Origin: Bacteriovoracia bacterium
Lineage (GTDB): Bacteria > Bdellovibrionota > UBA1018 > CAIPTA01
Reading direction: 5' to 3'
DNA length: 64,000 nt
NCBI GenBank assembly: GCA_050246755.1
Contig: JBFWVL010000001.1
Coordinates: 384,001 to 448,000, forward strand
The position numbers and the translations under genes were made by a program. Under the pieces are notes generated by a model. That model had not been told where the DNA came from, ran no database searches, and saw nothing but the letters and a program-made list of their open reading frames with translations. Shown in pieces: positions 39,692-49,309 of the stretch; the first letter of the stretch is position 1; each line of letters begins with the position of its first letter.

Positions 39692-39751
39692 AAGGGCCCG
39701 AAAACCAGCTACCAGCGATGTTACAGTAGGGGTTTTTGGGCCTTCGTTTTT
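39692..39751 (+). terminator. Intrinsic terminator-like hairpin after the micro-protein
   Basis: GGCCCGAAAACC...GGTTTTTGGGCC followed by TTCGTTTTT; overlaps the end of the convergent gene. Confidence 0.6.
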
Positions 39752-40098
39752 AAGAGACACACTGATGTGTCTCTTTTTTTTTGGCATCCCCAGGCCTTTA
39801 CAGCCTTCCACTCCGATTCTTTTCCGTACTTTTCGCAAACTTTCCCGCAACCCAAGAACAATTTTAGTGCTTCCTCTTCCCTCGCCTGAAGACGTGCCAA
39901 AGAAATGGCGGCCAGCCTAGCCCTCGCCCATTCGATTTTCTCCGCGTCGGAACCCAGCTGCTCGGGGTCTGCCGCGATAATTCCGGCGGTGATTTTTTGT
40001 GCTTCCCACGCATTGGCGTTGAGATAAGTGGCTTCGCCGGCGGCTAAACTAGCCGGCGAAAGCACGAACAAAAGAAGAAATGAGCCCAAAATCGGCAT
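39721..40098 (-). CDS. Secreted hypothetical protein with 4 Cys
   Basis: Signal peptide ending ASLA; directly downstream of sppA. Confidence 0.65.
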   Translation of the reverse strand: MPILGSFLLLFVLSPASLAAGEATYLNANAWEAQKITAGIIAADPEQLGSDAEKIEWARARLAAISLARLQAREEEALKLFLGCGKVCEKYGKESEWKAVKAWGCQKKRDTSVCLLKTKAQKPLL

Positions 40099-40109
40099 TG
40101 GTGCTCACT

Positions 40110-41027
40110 TTAAAGGAAGAAAAGCCCCCGGAGGGCGGAAGGAGAACGAATTTCATCGAGGTGAATATTATTCGAAATCCCCTGCATCAGGCTATCGGCC
40201 GCGCCCTGCCCCAGCATTTCCAAGATGGATTTTCGTTTCGGCTCTGGGTACACCAGATTTACCTTCGTCTTCGCATCGATATGGGCGAGCTCCTTTACTA
40301 GATCCACGGCCACATCGATGCCGCCGAGCTTATCCACGAGCCCGTTCTGCATGGCTTGTTCGCCCGAAAGCACGCGGCCATCGGCGATGGGGCGGATCTT
40401 ATCTGCCGGCATGTGACGGCCATCGGCTACGGCCTTCAAAAACTGCTCGTACACATTGCTGATCAATGCCTGCATCAGCTCTTTTTCCTCAGCCGTCATG
40501 GGACGGGATTCCGATCCTACGTCCTTGAACTTTCCGCTTTTTAGGTTGAAGCGATCTACTTTGGCCCACTTGTAGAGCTCGGCGAGGTTCGCGAAATCCA
40601 TGATCACCCCGATCGAACCAGTAAGGGTTCCAGGATTCGAAACAATTTTTTCGCAAGCTACCGCCACGTAGTATCCTCCGGATGCCGCTACGGACTCAAA
40701 ACTCGCTACTACCGGCTTGGTCTTGCGTACCCGCAGAACGGCATCGTGGATTTCCTGGCTTGGTCCCACCGCCCCACCCGGGCTGTTGATCCGCATAATG
40801 ATCGCCTTCACGCTGGCGTCTTCTTCGAGCTCCTTGAGGTCCTTAAGCGCCTTCTGGCTTTCCATGATCACCCCATTGAGCTTCACCACCCCGATATCCG
40901 TCCCGCCCCGCGCGAGCAGCGAACGGTCCTTCACGAGGTTACCCATCGTAAAAAATACGAAGAGGAGGAAAATGCCGAAAAACACGGCGGACACGGCCAA
41001 CAATAGGAGGAGTGGATTCTTTTTCAT
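40110..41027 (-). CDS. sppA: Signal peptide peptidase SppA (short form)
   Basis: RINSPGG, AASGGYY, TGSIGVI, KSGKFKD. Confidence 0.93.
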   Translation of the reverse strand: MKKNPLLLLLAVSAVFFGIFLLFVFFTMGNLVKDRSLLARGGTDIGVVKLNGVIMESQKALKDLKELEEDASVKAIIMRINSPGGAVGPSQEIHDAVLRVRKTKPVVASFESVAASGGYYVAVACEKIVSNPGTLTGSIGVIMDFANLAELYKWAKVDRFNLKSGKFKDVGSESRPMTAEEKELMQALISNVYEQFLKAVADGRHMPADKIRPIADGRVLSGEQAMQNGLVDKLGGIDVAVDLVKELAHIDAKTKVNLVYPEPKRKSILEMLGQGAADSLMQGISNNIHLDEIRSPSALRGLFFL

Positions 41028-41072
41028 GGGCTAAGTGTAACGTATGGCGGATAAAAGGAAAGCCGCGCAAGC

Positions 41073-41405
41073 CTAAAGCTTTTTGTCGACGCAGCTATAC
41101 TTCGGGCAGCAGGCTCCAGGACTGGCTTTATTTACCGATTCCTGACCTTGCCGGCAGGAGGGCACGATCATGTCGCATACGGCGCCCCCGCAATTTTTCG
41201 GTGCGCGCGGTTTGTCGGCCCGGCATAGGAAATGCGGACAGCAGGAGTTCTCATCCTTCACTTCCACCGCGCTCTCATTTTTTCCGCACGGCGGCTTCAC
41301 CATGGAGCAAGATTTGGGATCGCAGGTAGGCTTTAGGCTAGTTTCGGCCCATGCGCCCGATCCGCAAAGCAAAACCAGGCCGAGAAACAATGGTAGATAC
41401 GTCAT
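41073..41405 (-). CDS. Secreted Cys-rich protein with two VWC-like repeats
   Basis: RBS GGAGG, signal ending AWA, 2x C-x4-C-x6-C-x14-CCP-x3-C. Confidence 0.8.
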   Translation of the reverse strand: MTYLPLFLGLVLLCGSGAWAETSLKPTCDPKSCSMVKPPCGKNESAVEVKDENSCCPHFLCRADKPRAPKNCGGAVCDMIVPSCRQGQESVNKASPGACCPKYSCVDKKL

Positions 41406-41469
41406 AGCCCCTCCCCTTTTAGCCTGCTCCGAAGAAAAGCATTTGGCCAGGTACAGAAAGCCACAGCGC

Positions 41470-42987
41470 CTAGCGGCCGATTTGCGAGAAATGGGCAGTG
41501 CAGCTTCCAGAGGAACCGGGAGGATGACCCACGGCCATTCTAACCGCTACTGCGGATTCCCTCCGGCCTTCCTTCTCGAGCCTGGACTCGAGCTTTTCGT
41601 AAGGGTAGGGAATCCCCTTTAGCGCGGAGGCATTCTCGCTGAGTGCGAGCTTAACCACCATTTCATCATTCAAAAGATTTTTCGTCTGCTCGGCCACTTT
41701 GTGGGCCGCGACTTCCCCATTTTCCGTAAAAACCAGGCTCAGCTGCCGGGAAAGTTCTTCCTCCAGGGGTTCGTGGTGGGTGCGCATCTCGATGCGATTC
41801 GTGCTGTGCAGCCGCATCAGGCCCTTACGGCGAAAATCCGAAAAGAAGCGAAAGGAGGCGTTTGGATTGAAATCGCTCGTTACGCCAAGCTTCATCCGGC
41901 GCACGAGCATATTCACATTCAAGGCGTCCGCGAAACCTTCCAGATTTTTATCTAGGCTATAGTGATAGTGAAAGCTTCCCCACTGCCTACCCTTTTTCAC
42001 GAAATCTCCTCCCGCATCGCGGGCGAAAGACGCCATGCGTGCGCTTTCGGGATCGAAAATCTCCCGCTCTACTCCCGCTCGCTTGGCGAGGTAGCGCACG
42101 TCATCCAGAAATTCCTGCGGGGAAGACACCGGCTTTTTGTGCCGGAACTCCAGGGCGTCGCCGTCGGGCTCCCACTCCAGCCGCGAGAATAAAGCCCTGT
42201 CCTTTTCGGAAACGCCTTTCTTCAAGGGCAGCGGAACGTCCCTCGTTTTCAGCACGTGATACGAGAGATCGCTGGCCACGCGAAAGATCACGGCCTTCTC
42301 TTTCGGCGCCAGCAGCTCCAGGCGCACGGCGCTCGCCCGGCGCGCTTCGGGTAGCTTTTCCCAGCGGGCGTAGAGAACGTCCCAATCGAAGCGGCTTGGC
42401 ACCTCGAGCGCGCCCTTCTTCTGCATCAGTTCATTTTTCGGCGGAGCGGGAGCGGCCTCCGTCTTAAAGACGTCGGAAGGCAATAATAATTTCGGCTTCT
42501 CCAAAGCGGGCTCCGCTGATTTCGGCTTGAATAGCGGCTCAGCCCCCCTCCCCAAGGCATTGCCATCAGCGCCCAAAAGCTGCGTTTTTTCGGTGATCAC
42601 CCGGCGCTGAAGCGAAAGCCCTTCGGTGAGCTCGGCGCGCAGATCGGCCGGCAGAGAATCCAGCGCCTTAGGATTATCGCGGAGGTAGTTCTTGGTAAGG
42701 CCGCCCTCTCCCGGATAAAGGGCTTCGAAGAAAGTTTCAGTATGCTGGAGGAATTTGGCCGTGGCATCGGGAGTGATGGCCTGGATATGGTTCTGCAGAA
42801 TATCGAAATCGAAAAGCGGCATGAAGTTGGCCACTTTCTCCGGCATCAGCTCCATTTCCATGCCCATGAGAAAGCCTGGCGGGGTTTGAGGAAGAGAAAG
42901 ATCTTTCGCGCCCGCGGCGAACGAAATCAGCGCCGCTATCAGCACGCAAAAAAACCGAAATGTGGAACCGCGAACGATCATATCCAC
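41470..42987 (-). CDS. Secreted hypothetical protein, possible amidoligase/glutamate-cysteine-ligase-like fold
   Basis: Signal ending AGA; GMEMEL, ALEFR, GSFHYHYS, RIEMR in ligase-like order. Confidence 0.7.
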   Translation of the reverse strand: MDMIVRGSTFRFFCVLIAALISFAAGAKDLSLPQTPPGFLMGMEMELMPEKVANFMPLFDFDILQNHIQAITPDATAKFLQHTETFFEALYPGEGGLTKNYLRDNPKALDSLPADLRAELTEGLSLQRRVITEKTQLLGADGNALGRGAEPLFKPKSAEPALEKPKLLLPSDVFKTEAAPAPPKNELMQKKGALEVPSRFDWDVLYARWEKLPEARRASAVRLELLAPKEKAVIFRVASDLSYHVLKTRDVPLPLKKGVSEKDRALFSRLEWEPDGDALEFRHKKPVSSPQEFLDDVRYLAKRAGVEREIFDPESARMASFARDAGGDFVKKGRQWGSFHYHYSLDKNLEGFADALNVNMLVRRMKLGVTSDFNPNASFRFFSDFRRKGLMRLHSTNRIEMRTHHEPLEEELSRQLSLVFTENGEVAAHKVAEQTKNLLNDEMVVKLALSENASALKGIPYPYEKLESRLEKEGRRESAVAVRMAVGHPPGSSGSCTAHFSQIGR

Positions 42988-42992
42988 TGGAT

Positions 42993-43019
42993 TTATCGGT
43001 TGTTTCGCTCTTAAGCTGA
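42993..43019 (-). promoter_or_regulatory. Candidate sigma28 (FliA) promoter
   Basis: TCAG-N15-ACCGATAA on the minus strand versus consensus TAAA-N15-GCCGATAA. Confidence 0.4.
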
Positions 43020-43053
43020 AGCGCCTACACGGAATCGGGGGCCACCGGCCCCG

Positions 43054-44112
43054 TTAAGGGGCGGCGGTAGAGGAAGGATCTTCTTTTTCCGTTTTGTCTT
43101 CGCTGGGGTTCCACGTCGCCTCTTTGGCCAAGCGTTCGCTATTATGGGCGGTAAGTTCCTTCATTCGTTTTCTTTTCTTAGGATCCGCGCAGTACGCGGT
43201 AAACGACGATGCCATTACCGCTTCTTTTCCGGCAAGCTTAGGATCTCCCAAAATTTTAAAGTCTTCGCTTAGCAAAGATTCGCGGCGATCTTTCGTACGG
43301 CCTTTTTTATCGAGATCCGTGACGACTAATTTGTGACCCTTTTCCGCCGGCTCCACCGTGAAAACCTGGCTTACTCCGTCCACCGAACGGCCGGTTACTT
43401 CAAGCTTACCGCCGTTTTCATCCGCGCACTTAAGGCCGGTGGGAATGAACCCCTTTTCGGGCCCCGTAAACCAGAACATAAAGCCGACGAAGGCATACAC
43501 AGGTAGCAGAGGTGGGATAGCCACCGCTCCCGCAATACAGCCCGCCTGAACGGCCGCGCGCTTCAGCGTGGAGTCTCCCTTCTCGTAGGGCAACGCCTGA
43601 TTGCAACCGTAGTAGATCACTCCGCTCGCGGCCACCCAGAGAGCGACGCCGATGACCACCGGAATAACGGCTTGGGCCGATGGGATAAATGAAAACGATT
43701 CTCGCGCGGTGGTGAGGCGGTTCAATTCCTTTACGTTATCCGCCAGCCCGAGCGAAGGAACGAAACGCCACTCTTTTCCATTCACCTTAAATAGGAAAGG
43801 ATCCGTGGCCGAAGCGGGCTGCAGGGTAACCCGGCCCTGCTCCGTATTAAAAACCAGCGCGCCATTAATTAATTGCGCCTTCGGCAGCGGCTGCCGGGCG
43901 TAGTCTTTTCCCAGCTCCTTTTCCAAAAACTGAAAATCCGCCTTGGTGAGAAAATAAATCTTACTCAGCACTTCACCCAAGGTCTTATTGGTATTATATG
44001 CGCTGGCAACCTCATAGAGACCGGAAGATTCGGGCTTGGCCGCCGCCGCGATCGCGCCCGAGGCGGAAGATAGGAAGAGACTGAACGTTAAGAGCCAAGA
44101 TAAAAACTTCAT
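43054..44112 (-). CDS. Exported hypothetical protein with central hydrophobic hairpin
   Basis: Signal MKFLSWLL...; two internal hydrophobic segments after FIPSAQA. Confidence 0.75.
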   Translation of the reverse strand: MKFLSWLLTFSLFLSSASGAIAAAAKPESSGLYEVASAYNTNKTLGEVLSKIYFLTKADFQFLEKELGKDYARQPLPKAQLINGALVFNTEQGRVTLQPASATDPFLFKVNGKEWRFVPSLGLADNVKELNRLTTARESFSFIPSAQAVIPVVIGVALWVAASGVIYYGCNQALPYEKGDSTLKRAAVQAGCIAGAVAIPPLLPVYAFVGFMFWFTGPEKGFIPTGLKCADENGGKLEVTGRSVDGVSQVFTVEPAEKGHKLVVTDLDKKGRTKDRRESLLSEDFKILGDPKLAGKEAVMASSFTAYCADPKKRKRMKELTAHNSERLAKEATWNPSEDKTEKEDPSSTAAP

Positions 44113-44194
44113 TCGTGAATACCCCCCTAAAATTCTACTTTGCTTCCGTATTTTCACAATAGGGATTATTTACCCCATGACGCCCCCCACAAAT

Positions 44195-44225
44195 AAAAAG
44201 GGGCAGCCATTTTTGGCCACCCCTT
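44195..44225 (-). terminator. Intrinsic terminator of rpsA
   Basis: Minus strand AAGGGGTGGCCA-AAAA-TGGCTGCCCCTTTTT. Confidence 0.8.
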
Positions 44226-44249
44226 CTGCACTAGAAATCCAAAGAGAAT

Positions 44250-46076
44250 TTACTCTTTGTCTTCCTTGTTGCCTTTGAGCTTAGAACCCAAGAGATCGCC
44301 AAGGGTATTGCCACCCTTTTTGTTCCCCGAGTATTGCTCGATATTGGCGCGCTCTTCCGACTTGGCGAGAGCCTTGATCGAAAGACCGATTTTGCGCTCG
44401 CGCGCATCGATCGAGAGGATCTCGGCTTTTACCGAGTCGCCGATGTTCAATACATCGGTAACTTTACCCACTTGGTCGTTGGAGATTTCGGAGATATGGA
44501 TCAAGCCCTCGAGGCCTTCTTCCAATTCTACGAATGCACCGAAGTCCGCGGTCTTGGTAACTTTACCTTCGATCGCCTGGCCGATTTTGTAACGAGCCTT
44601 GATGTTTTCCCAAGGATCGCGCTCGAGTTGCTTGATACCGAGAGAGAATTTTTCCGTCTCTTTATCGATCGAGAGAACGATCGCTCTCACCTTGTCGCCT
44701 TTGTTGAAGGCTTCCGAAGGATGAGCCACTTTCTTGGTCCAGCTCAAGTCAGAAACGTGGATCAAACCGTCGATGCCTTCGCCGATGTCAACGAATACGC
44801 CGAAGTCGGTAACGTTCTTGATCTCGCCCTCAACGGTGGAACCGATGGGGAATTTCTGTTCGAGGAGATCCCACGGATTGCTCTCGAGCTGCTTGAGGCC
44901 GAGACTGATGCGGCGGTTCTTGGTGTCAATGTCGAGGACTTGGCATTCCACTTCAGTGCCTGGCTCGAGAACTTTCGAGGGGTGCTTCACCTTGTTGGTC
45001 CAGCTCATCTCACTTACGTGAATGAGGCCTTCTACGCCGTCTTCGAGCTCAACGAAAGCTCCGTAGTCCTTAATGGAAACTACTTTGCCTTTTACCTTGT
45101 CGCCCACGTGGTATTTCTCGGGAACTTTGTCCCAAGGATTGTCTTGCACTTGTTTCAAGCCGAGAGAAACACGCTCTTTCTCTTTGTCGTACTTGAGAAC
45201 TTTCACGGTCACTTCGTCGCCCACTTGGAACAATTCGCTTGGGTGCTTGATGCGTCCCCAGCTCATGTCCGTGATGTGGAGGAGTCCGTCCATACCGCCG
45301 AGATCGATGAAGGCTCCGTAGTCGGTGATGTTCTTCACCACGCCCTGAACTACCATTCCTTCTTGCAATTGCTCGAGGGTCTCTACGCGCATTTTCTCGC
45401 GCTCTTTGAGGAGCAGAGCTTTACGGGAGAGCACGATGTTTCCGCGGCGCTTGTTGAACTTGATCACTTTGAAGTTCAATTTCTTGCCGAGGTATTTATC
45501 GAGGTTGCGCACGGGACGGATATCGATTTGCGAGCCGGGCAAGAATGCCTTCACGCCGATGTCCACTTCGAGGCCGCCTTTAACTTTTTTGGTCACTACG
45601 CCGCTGATAACTTCATCGCGTTCGCAGGCTTCGGCGATCGAATCCCAGGCTTTGATGATCTCGGCTTTGTTGCGCGAGAGGATCATTACGCCGTGTTCGT
45701 TCTCCATTTTTTCGAGGTAAACTACCACGTGGTCGCCAGCTTTTACGTTCAGCTTGCCGTCCATATCGCGAAATTCGTCGAGGGGAACAAGCCCTTCCAT
45801 TTTGTAACCGATATCCACGGTCACGTAGTCGCCAGCGAGAGCGATCACCGCTCCGTTCACTACTTCGCCTTCTTTAACGTTGGTAGTGGTCTGGGATTTT
45901 TCAAAGATTTCGCCGAAGGTAAAATCTTCGCCGTGTTTGTCTTGTACGTTCTCTTTGCTATCGAGACTCTTAAGTTCAGTTTCGTCTACGGTAATATCCG
46001 CGAACTCGCTGAGCCATTTGTCGTTTTTCGCAGGATTTCCCGCCTGCTTTTTCGGGCTATTGGTTTGGGTATTCAT
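44250..46076 (-). CDS. rpsA: 30S ribosomal protein S1
   Basis: Six S1 repeats (AFLPGSQID, DGLLHITDMSW, EGLIHVSEMSW). Confidence 0.98.
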   Translation of the reverse strand: MNTQTNSPKKQAGNPAKNDKWLSEFADITVDETELKSLDSKENVQDKHGEDFTFGEIFEKSQTTTNVKEGEVVNGAVIALAGDYVTVDIGYKMEGLVPLDEFRDMDGKLNVKAGDHVVVYLEKMENEHGVMILSRNKAEIIKAWDSIAEACERDEVISGVVTKKVKGGLEVDIGVKAFLPGSQIDIRPVRNLDKYLGKKLNFKVIKFNKRRGNIVLSRKALLLKEREKMRVETLEQLQEGMVVQGVVKNITDYGAFIDLGGMDGLLHITDMSWGRIKHPSELFQVGDEVTVKVLKYDKEKERVSLGLKQVQDNPWDKVPEKYHVGDKVKGKVVSIKDYGAFVELEDGVEGLIHVSEMSWTNKVKHPSKVLEPGTEVECQVLDIDTKNRRISLGLKQLESNPWDLLEQKFPIGSTVEGEIKNVTDFGVFVDIGEGIDGLIHVSDLSWTKKVAHPSEAFNKGDKVRAIVLSIDKETEKFSLGIKQLERDPWENIKARYKIGQAIEGKVTKTADFGAFVELEEGLEGLIHISEISNDQVGKVTDVLNIGDSVKAEILSIDARERKIGLSIKALAKSEERANIEQYSGNKKGGNTLGDLLGSKLKGNKEDKE

Positions 46077-46428
46077 TCTGTTTGATTGCTTTCTTCTGCC
46101 GAAATGCCGGGCACATCTGAAACCCTACATTATATAGGAGAGGCCAGGATCAGAACGGTCCATAGTTTTAACCATGGAAGCGTAGGGAAATCAAAGGATT
46201 AGGCCCAAATGGGTAAGGATAAAAGAACCCAAATGCGATAAAGCCGGTTTCCAAGCCGAAAAATCCCTGAAATACCGCATTTACCCCCTGGCCATCCTCC
46301 ATTCGCGCACGCAAGATTAATTCATTTAAAGAATAATAAACGAATAATTATGTGTTTGATGTTTTTTGGTCTCTGCCGTAATTTGCGCTCCGACTTACGA
46401 AACAACCCTTAACCAATCAGGAAAATAA

Positions 46429-46983
46429 ATGAAAAATTTCAAAACTGCCCTTATCGCCCTCACCCTTGCCCTATCCACTTTCACCAACTTTGCCCAAGCC
46501 GCCAAGAACGCCAATTCTCGCGAGATCGAGCGCAAAGTGAATGTGCTCGCCAAAATCGCCTACGGAGCCCAGGCCCATAATCTCCGCGCCGCAAACGCCG
46601 AAGAAATGATCATTCAATTGGCCATGAAGGAGAACAGCGAGACCCGCGCCGACGTGATGGAAAGGTTCACGCGCAACATCGCCGTGAAAGAAGTGAGCAT
46701 CGGCGAAATGCCGGGCTGGGGCACCATGAAAATTCCGGCCGCGATCAAATTATATGCCTCGATGGACCTACACCGCGACGAAGCTGGCGAAGACCAAGAC
46801 AATTCCAAAGCGCTGGCCGTGGGCGAAAGCATTATCCGCGAGCTGGGCAAGATGGGTGCGACCTTCGGCTTCACCCAAAGCACCTCTTCTTATTGCGGCG
46901 TAAGCTTTGGCGGACTGCTGGTGGTGGACGAAGAAGCGGATACCGTCTACGAAATCGCGCTCACGGATTCTGGTAGCTGCTAG
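46429..46983 (+). CDS. Secreted hypothetical protein
   Basis: AGGA RBS, signal ending AQA, 184 aa. Confidence 0.78.
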   Translation: MKNFKTALIALTLALSTFTNFAQAAKNANSREIERKVNVLAKIAYGAQAHNLRAANAEEMIIQLAMKENSETRADVMERFTRNIAVKEVSIGEMPGWGTMKIPAAIKLYASMDLHRDEAGEDQDNSKALAVGESIIRELGKMGATFGFTQSTSSYCGVSFGGLLVVDEEADTVYEIALTDSGSC

Positions 46984-47003
46984 TTTTTTTTGAAACAAAG
47001 CGC

Positions 47004-48233
47004 CTACTTCAAATAAGGCGGAACATGCCCTAGGTGATGAGGATCCCCATAGATGCGCCGCCGGTAGCAGCGGGCGTACACTTCTAAAGTACGGTGTAAG
47101 CGCGTGGTTTTCGCATGGTTCTGGAGTACGTAGTCGCGGCCATTTTTCTTCATCTGCTCACGGGCTGAGGGGTTATTCCGTAGCGCGATGATTTTCCGGG
47201 CGAGATCGTAGGCATCCTGGGCCCTCACCAGTTCCGCTCCCGAATGCTGAGCCATCTCCTCGGCGCTGCCGCCGCGGCCGAGCACGCAGGGCAACCCCAT
47301 CGCCATCGCCTCGATTGCCACGAGCCCGAAGGCCTCCGACCAGGAGGGCATCACGAATAAATCGAGGGCCGCCATCACCTGCGGAACTTCCTTCTTCGCG
47401 GGTTGCAACAGGATCGAATCCTCGAGATGGAGCTGGCGGATACTTTCGGCCAATTCCTGGAGGTAACGCCCTTCGAGGCCGGGGGTTTCGTTCCCAACCA
47501 TCACTCCGTAGACATCGGGATAGGTTTTTCTCACCTGGGCGAGCGCCTTGATCATCAGATCCTGACCCTTCATGGGATCGATCCGGCCCACGAGGCCCAC
47601 GAGAAAGGCGTCTTCCGGAATCCCCCAGGCCTGTCGCATCTCGGTGCGGTCTACCGTATTGGGATTGAAACGATCGAGGTCGATCGAGAGATTTACGATA
47701 CGCAATTTTTTTTCCGGCAGAGGAAAAGTGGCGGCCATATTCCGCCGCATGGTTTGCGAAAGCACCAGCATATAATCCACGCGGCGATACAGAAGCGCGT
47801 GGAGCGGATCGCGCTTATTATGGGAGTTTAAAATATGCCGGCTAACCACGAGAGCCACGTGGCGGCGATTGAGGAGTGCGGGAACCACTGAGCCGAGAAT
47901 GGTGGTTTGGTGGCAATGCACGAGGTTTACCGCGTCGTGGTCGATGAGGTGACGGAGTTGGCGCCAGAGGCCGCCGTCGAAATAGTTGCGCACATGATCG
48001 TCGGAATAGATCAAGCGGATCTGCGGCGATTCCATCTTCACCGCGTGATCAATCGGGCTATTTTCTTTTACCAGCAAGGTCACGCGCAACCCGTTTTGCA
48101 TGAGCAAGCGGACATCGGCGAGGGCGGTTTGCTCGAGCCCTCCCCAGGCATTCGAGATCATCACCACGAGCACGTGCAGCTCGGCAGACAGCCGGTTGCG
48201 CAAATCCTCAATGGTTTCATCGATCACTGACAT
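47004..48233 (-). CDS. GT4 glycosyltransferase
   Basis: GGLEQ, VGRIDPMKG, EAFGLVAIEAMAMG. Confidence 0.9.
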   Translation of the reverse strand: MSVIDETIEDLRNRLSAELHVLVVMISNAWGGLEQTALADVRLLMQNGLRVTLLVKENSPIDHAVKMESPQIRLIYSDDHVRNYFDGGLWRQLRHLIDHDAVNLVHCHQTTILGSVVPALLNRRHVALVVSRHILNSHNKRDPLHALLYRRVDYMLVLSQTMRRNMAATFPLPEKKLRIVNLSIDLDRFNPNTVDRTEMRQAWGIPEDAFLVGLVGRIDPMKGQDLMIKALAQVRKTYPDVYGVMVGNETPGLEGRYLQELAESIRQLHLEDSILLQPAKKEVPQVMAALDLFVMPSWSEAFGLVAIEAMAMGLPCVLGRGGSAEEMAQHSGAELVRAQDAYDLARKIIALRNNPSAREQMKKNGRDYVLQNHAKTTRLHRTLEVYARCYRRRIYGDPHHLGHVPPYLK

Positions 48234-49309
48234 AAGATTTTTTCCGTAGCCGCGAGCACCGCTTCGGGCCTTAGCTCCAGCATGCAGCGGAAGTGTCCTT
48301 CAGGGCAAGTGCGATGGCCATGCAGGCCGCATGGGCGGCAACTTAGGCCAAAAACTTCGGCCACTGCGGCCTTACCTTTGGGAGCCAAGGGAAAAAAGCC
48401 CAGTTCCTTGGTGGTAGGGCCGAATACGCCCACTACCTTACGTCCCATGGCGATCGCGATATGGAGCGGGGAACTGTCGTTGGCAACCACGATTTCGGGC
48501 CTGGCCAAAATGGCCTTGAGGGAGCCGAGGCTAGTTTTTCCGCTGATGTCTAACGGGAGCGGCGCGCTCTGGCCGCTAATTTTTTGAAACTCTTCTACTA
48601 AGCGCCTACCCAATTCGATATCTTCGGCATCTTTTCCGCCTACGATCACGGATCTTAGGCCGCGGGTGCGCCAAAGATCGAGGGCGAGTTGCGCGAACTT
48701 TTCTATCGGCCATCGCTTAGTGGCCCAAACGGAACTCGGAGCGAGCGCCACGAACTTCTGGCCCATCACTTCTGCCAAAAGAGAATCCGCGGCGGCTTCA
48801 TCCTGGGCAGAAGTGGCTAGCCGCGGAAAAGGCAGAAACGATCTCACGGCTTCGCCCCCCCAGGCGGCGAGCAGCGCTAAGTTCTTTTCCGCTTCGTACC
48901 CATGGCCGACGCGGCTCACGCGAACGTCGAACAGCACGGATCCGCTAGACTCGCGAAAACCGAAAATTTTCCCGCCGCTTACCTTAGCAAGCAAAGCGGA
49001 CCGCAGGGAGCGGTGCAGGCAGAATACGAGCGGAGGCTTCAGCTCCCGAAGCCGGCGGGCTTTCCGCAAGAAGCCGAGCGCGCCCTTCTCGTTCCCGCGC
49101 TTATCATAGGAAATGAGCTCGACGCTCCAAGGATTTGGAGAAAGAAGCTGGACGCCCGCGGGCGTGGTTAGAAGAGAGATTTTCGCTTCCGGCGCCAGCG
49201 TGCGCAGCCCCGCCAAGAAAGAGCTCGTGAGCACGATATCGCCCACGAAGGCGGTCTGAATCACAAGAATGGATTTAGGGGGCGACGGCGGCGTCGGGTT
49301 TTCCGTCAT
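48224..49309 (-). CDS. GT9 LPS heptosyltransferase (WaaF-like)
   Basis: QTAFVGDIVL, WATKRWP, NDSSPLHIA, FGPT. Confidence 0.88.
   Translation of the reverse strand: MTENPTPPSPPKSILVIQTAFVGDIVLTSSFLAGLRTLAPEAKISLLTTPAGVQLLSPNPWSVELISYDKRGNEKGALGFLRKARRLRELKPPLVFCLHRSLRSALLAKVSGGKIFGFRESSGSVLFDVRVSRVGHGYEAEKNLALLAAWGGEAVRSFLPFPRLATSAQDEAAADSLLAEVMGQKFVALAPSSVWATKRWPIEKFAQLALDLWRTRGLRSVIVGGKDAEDIELGRRLVEEFQKISGQSAPLPLDISGKTSLGSLKAILARPEIVVANDSSPLHIAIAMGRKVVGVFGPTTKELGFFPLAPKGKAAVAEVFGLSCRPCGLHGHRTCPEGHFRCMLELRPEAVLAATEKILCQ

Noticed and set aside
44334-46085. 583-aa ORF antisense to rpsA
   Set aside because: Mirror frame expected from biased codon usage in a highly expressed gene; no motifs or RBS.
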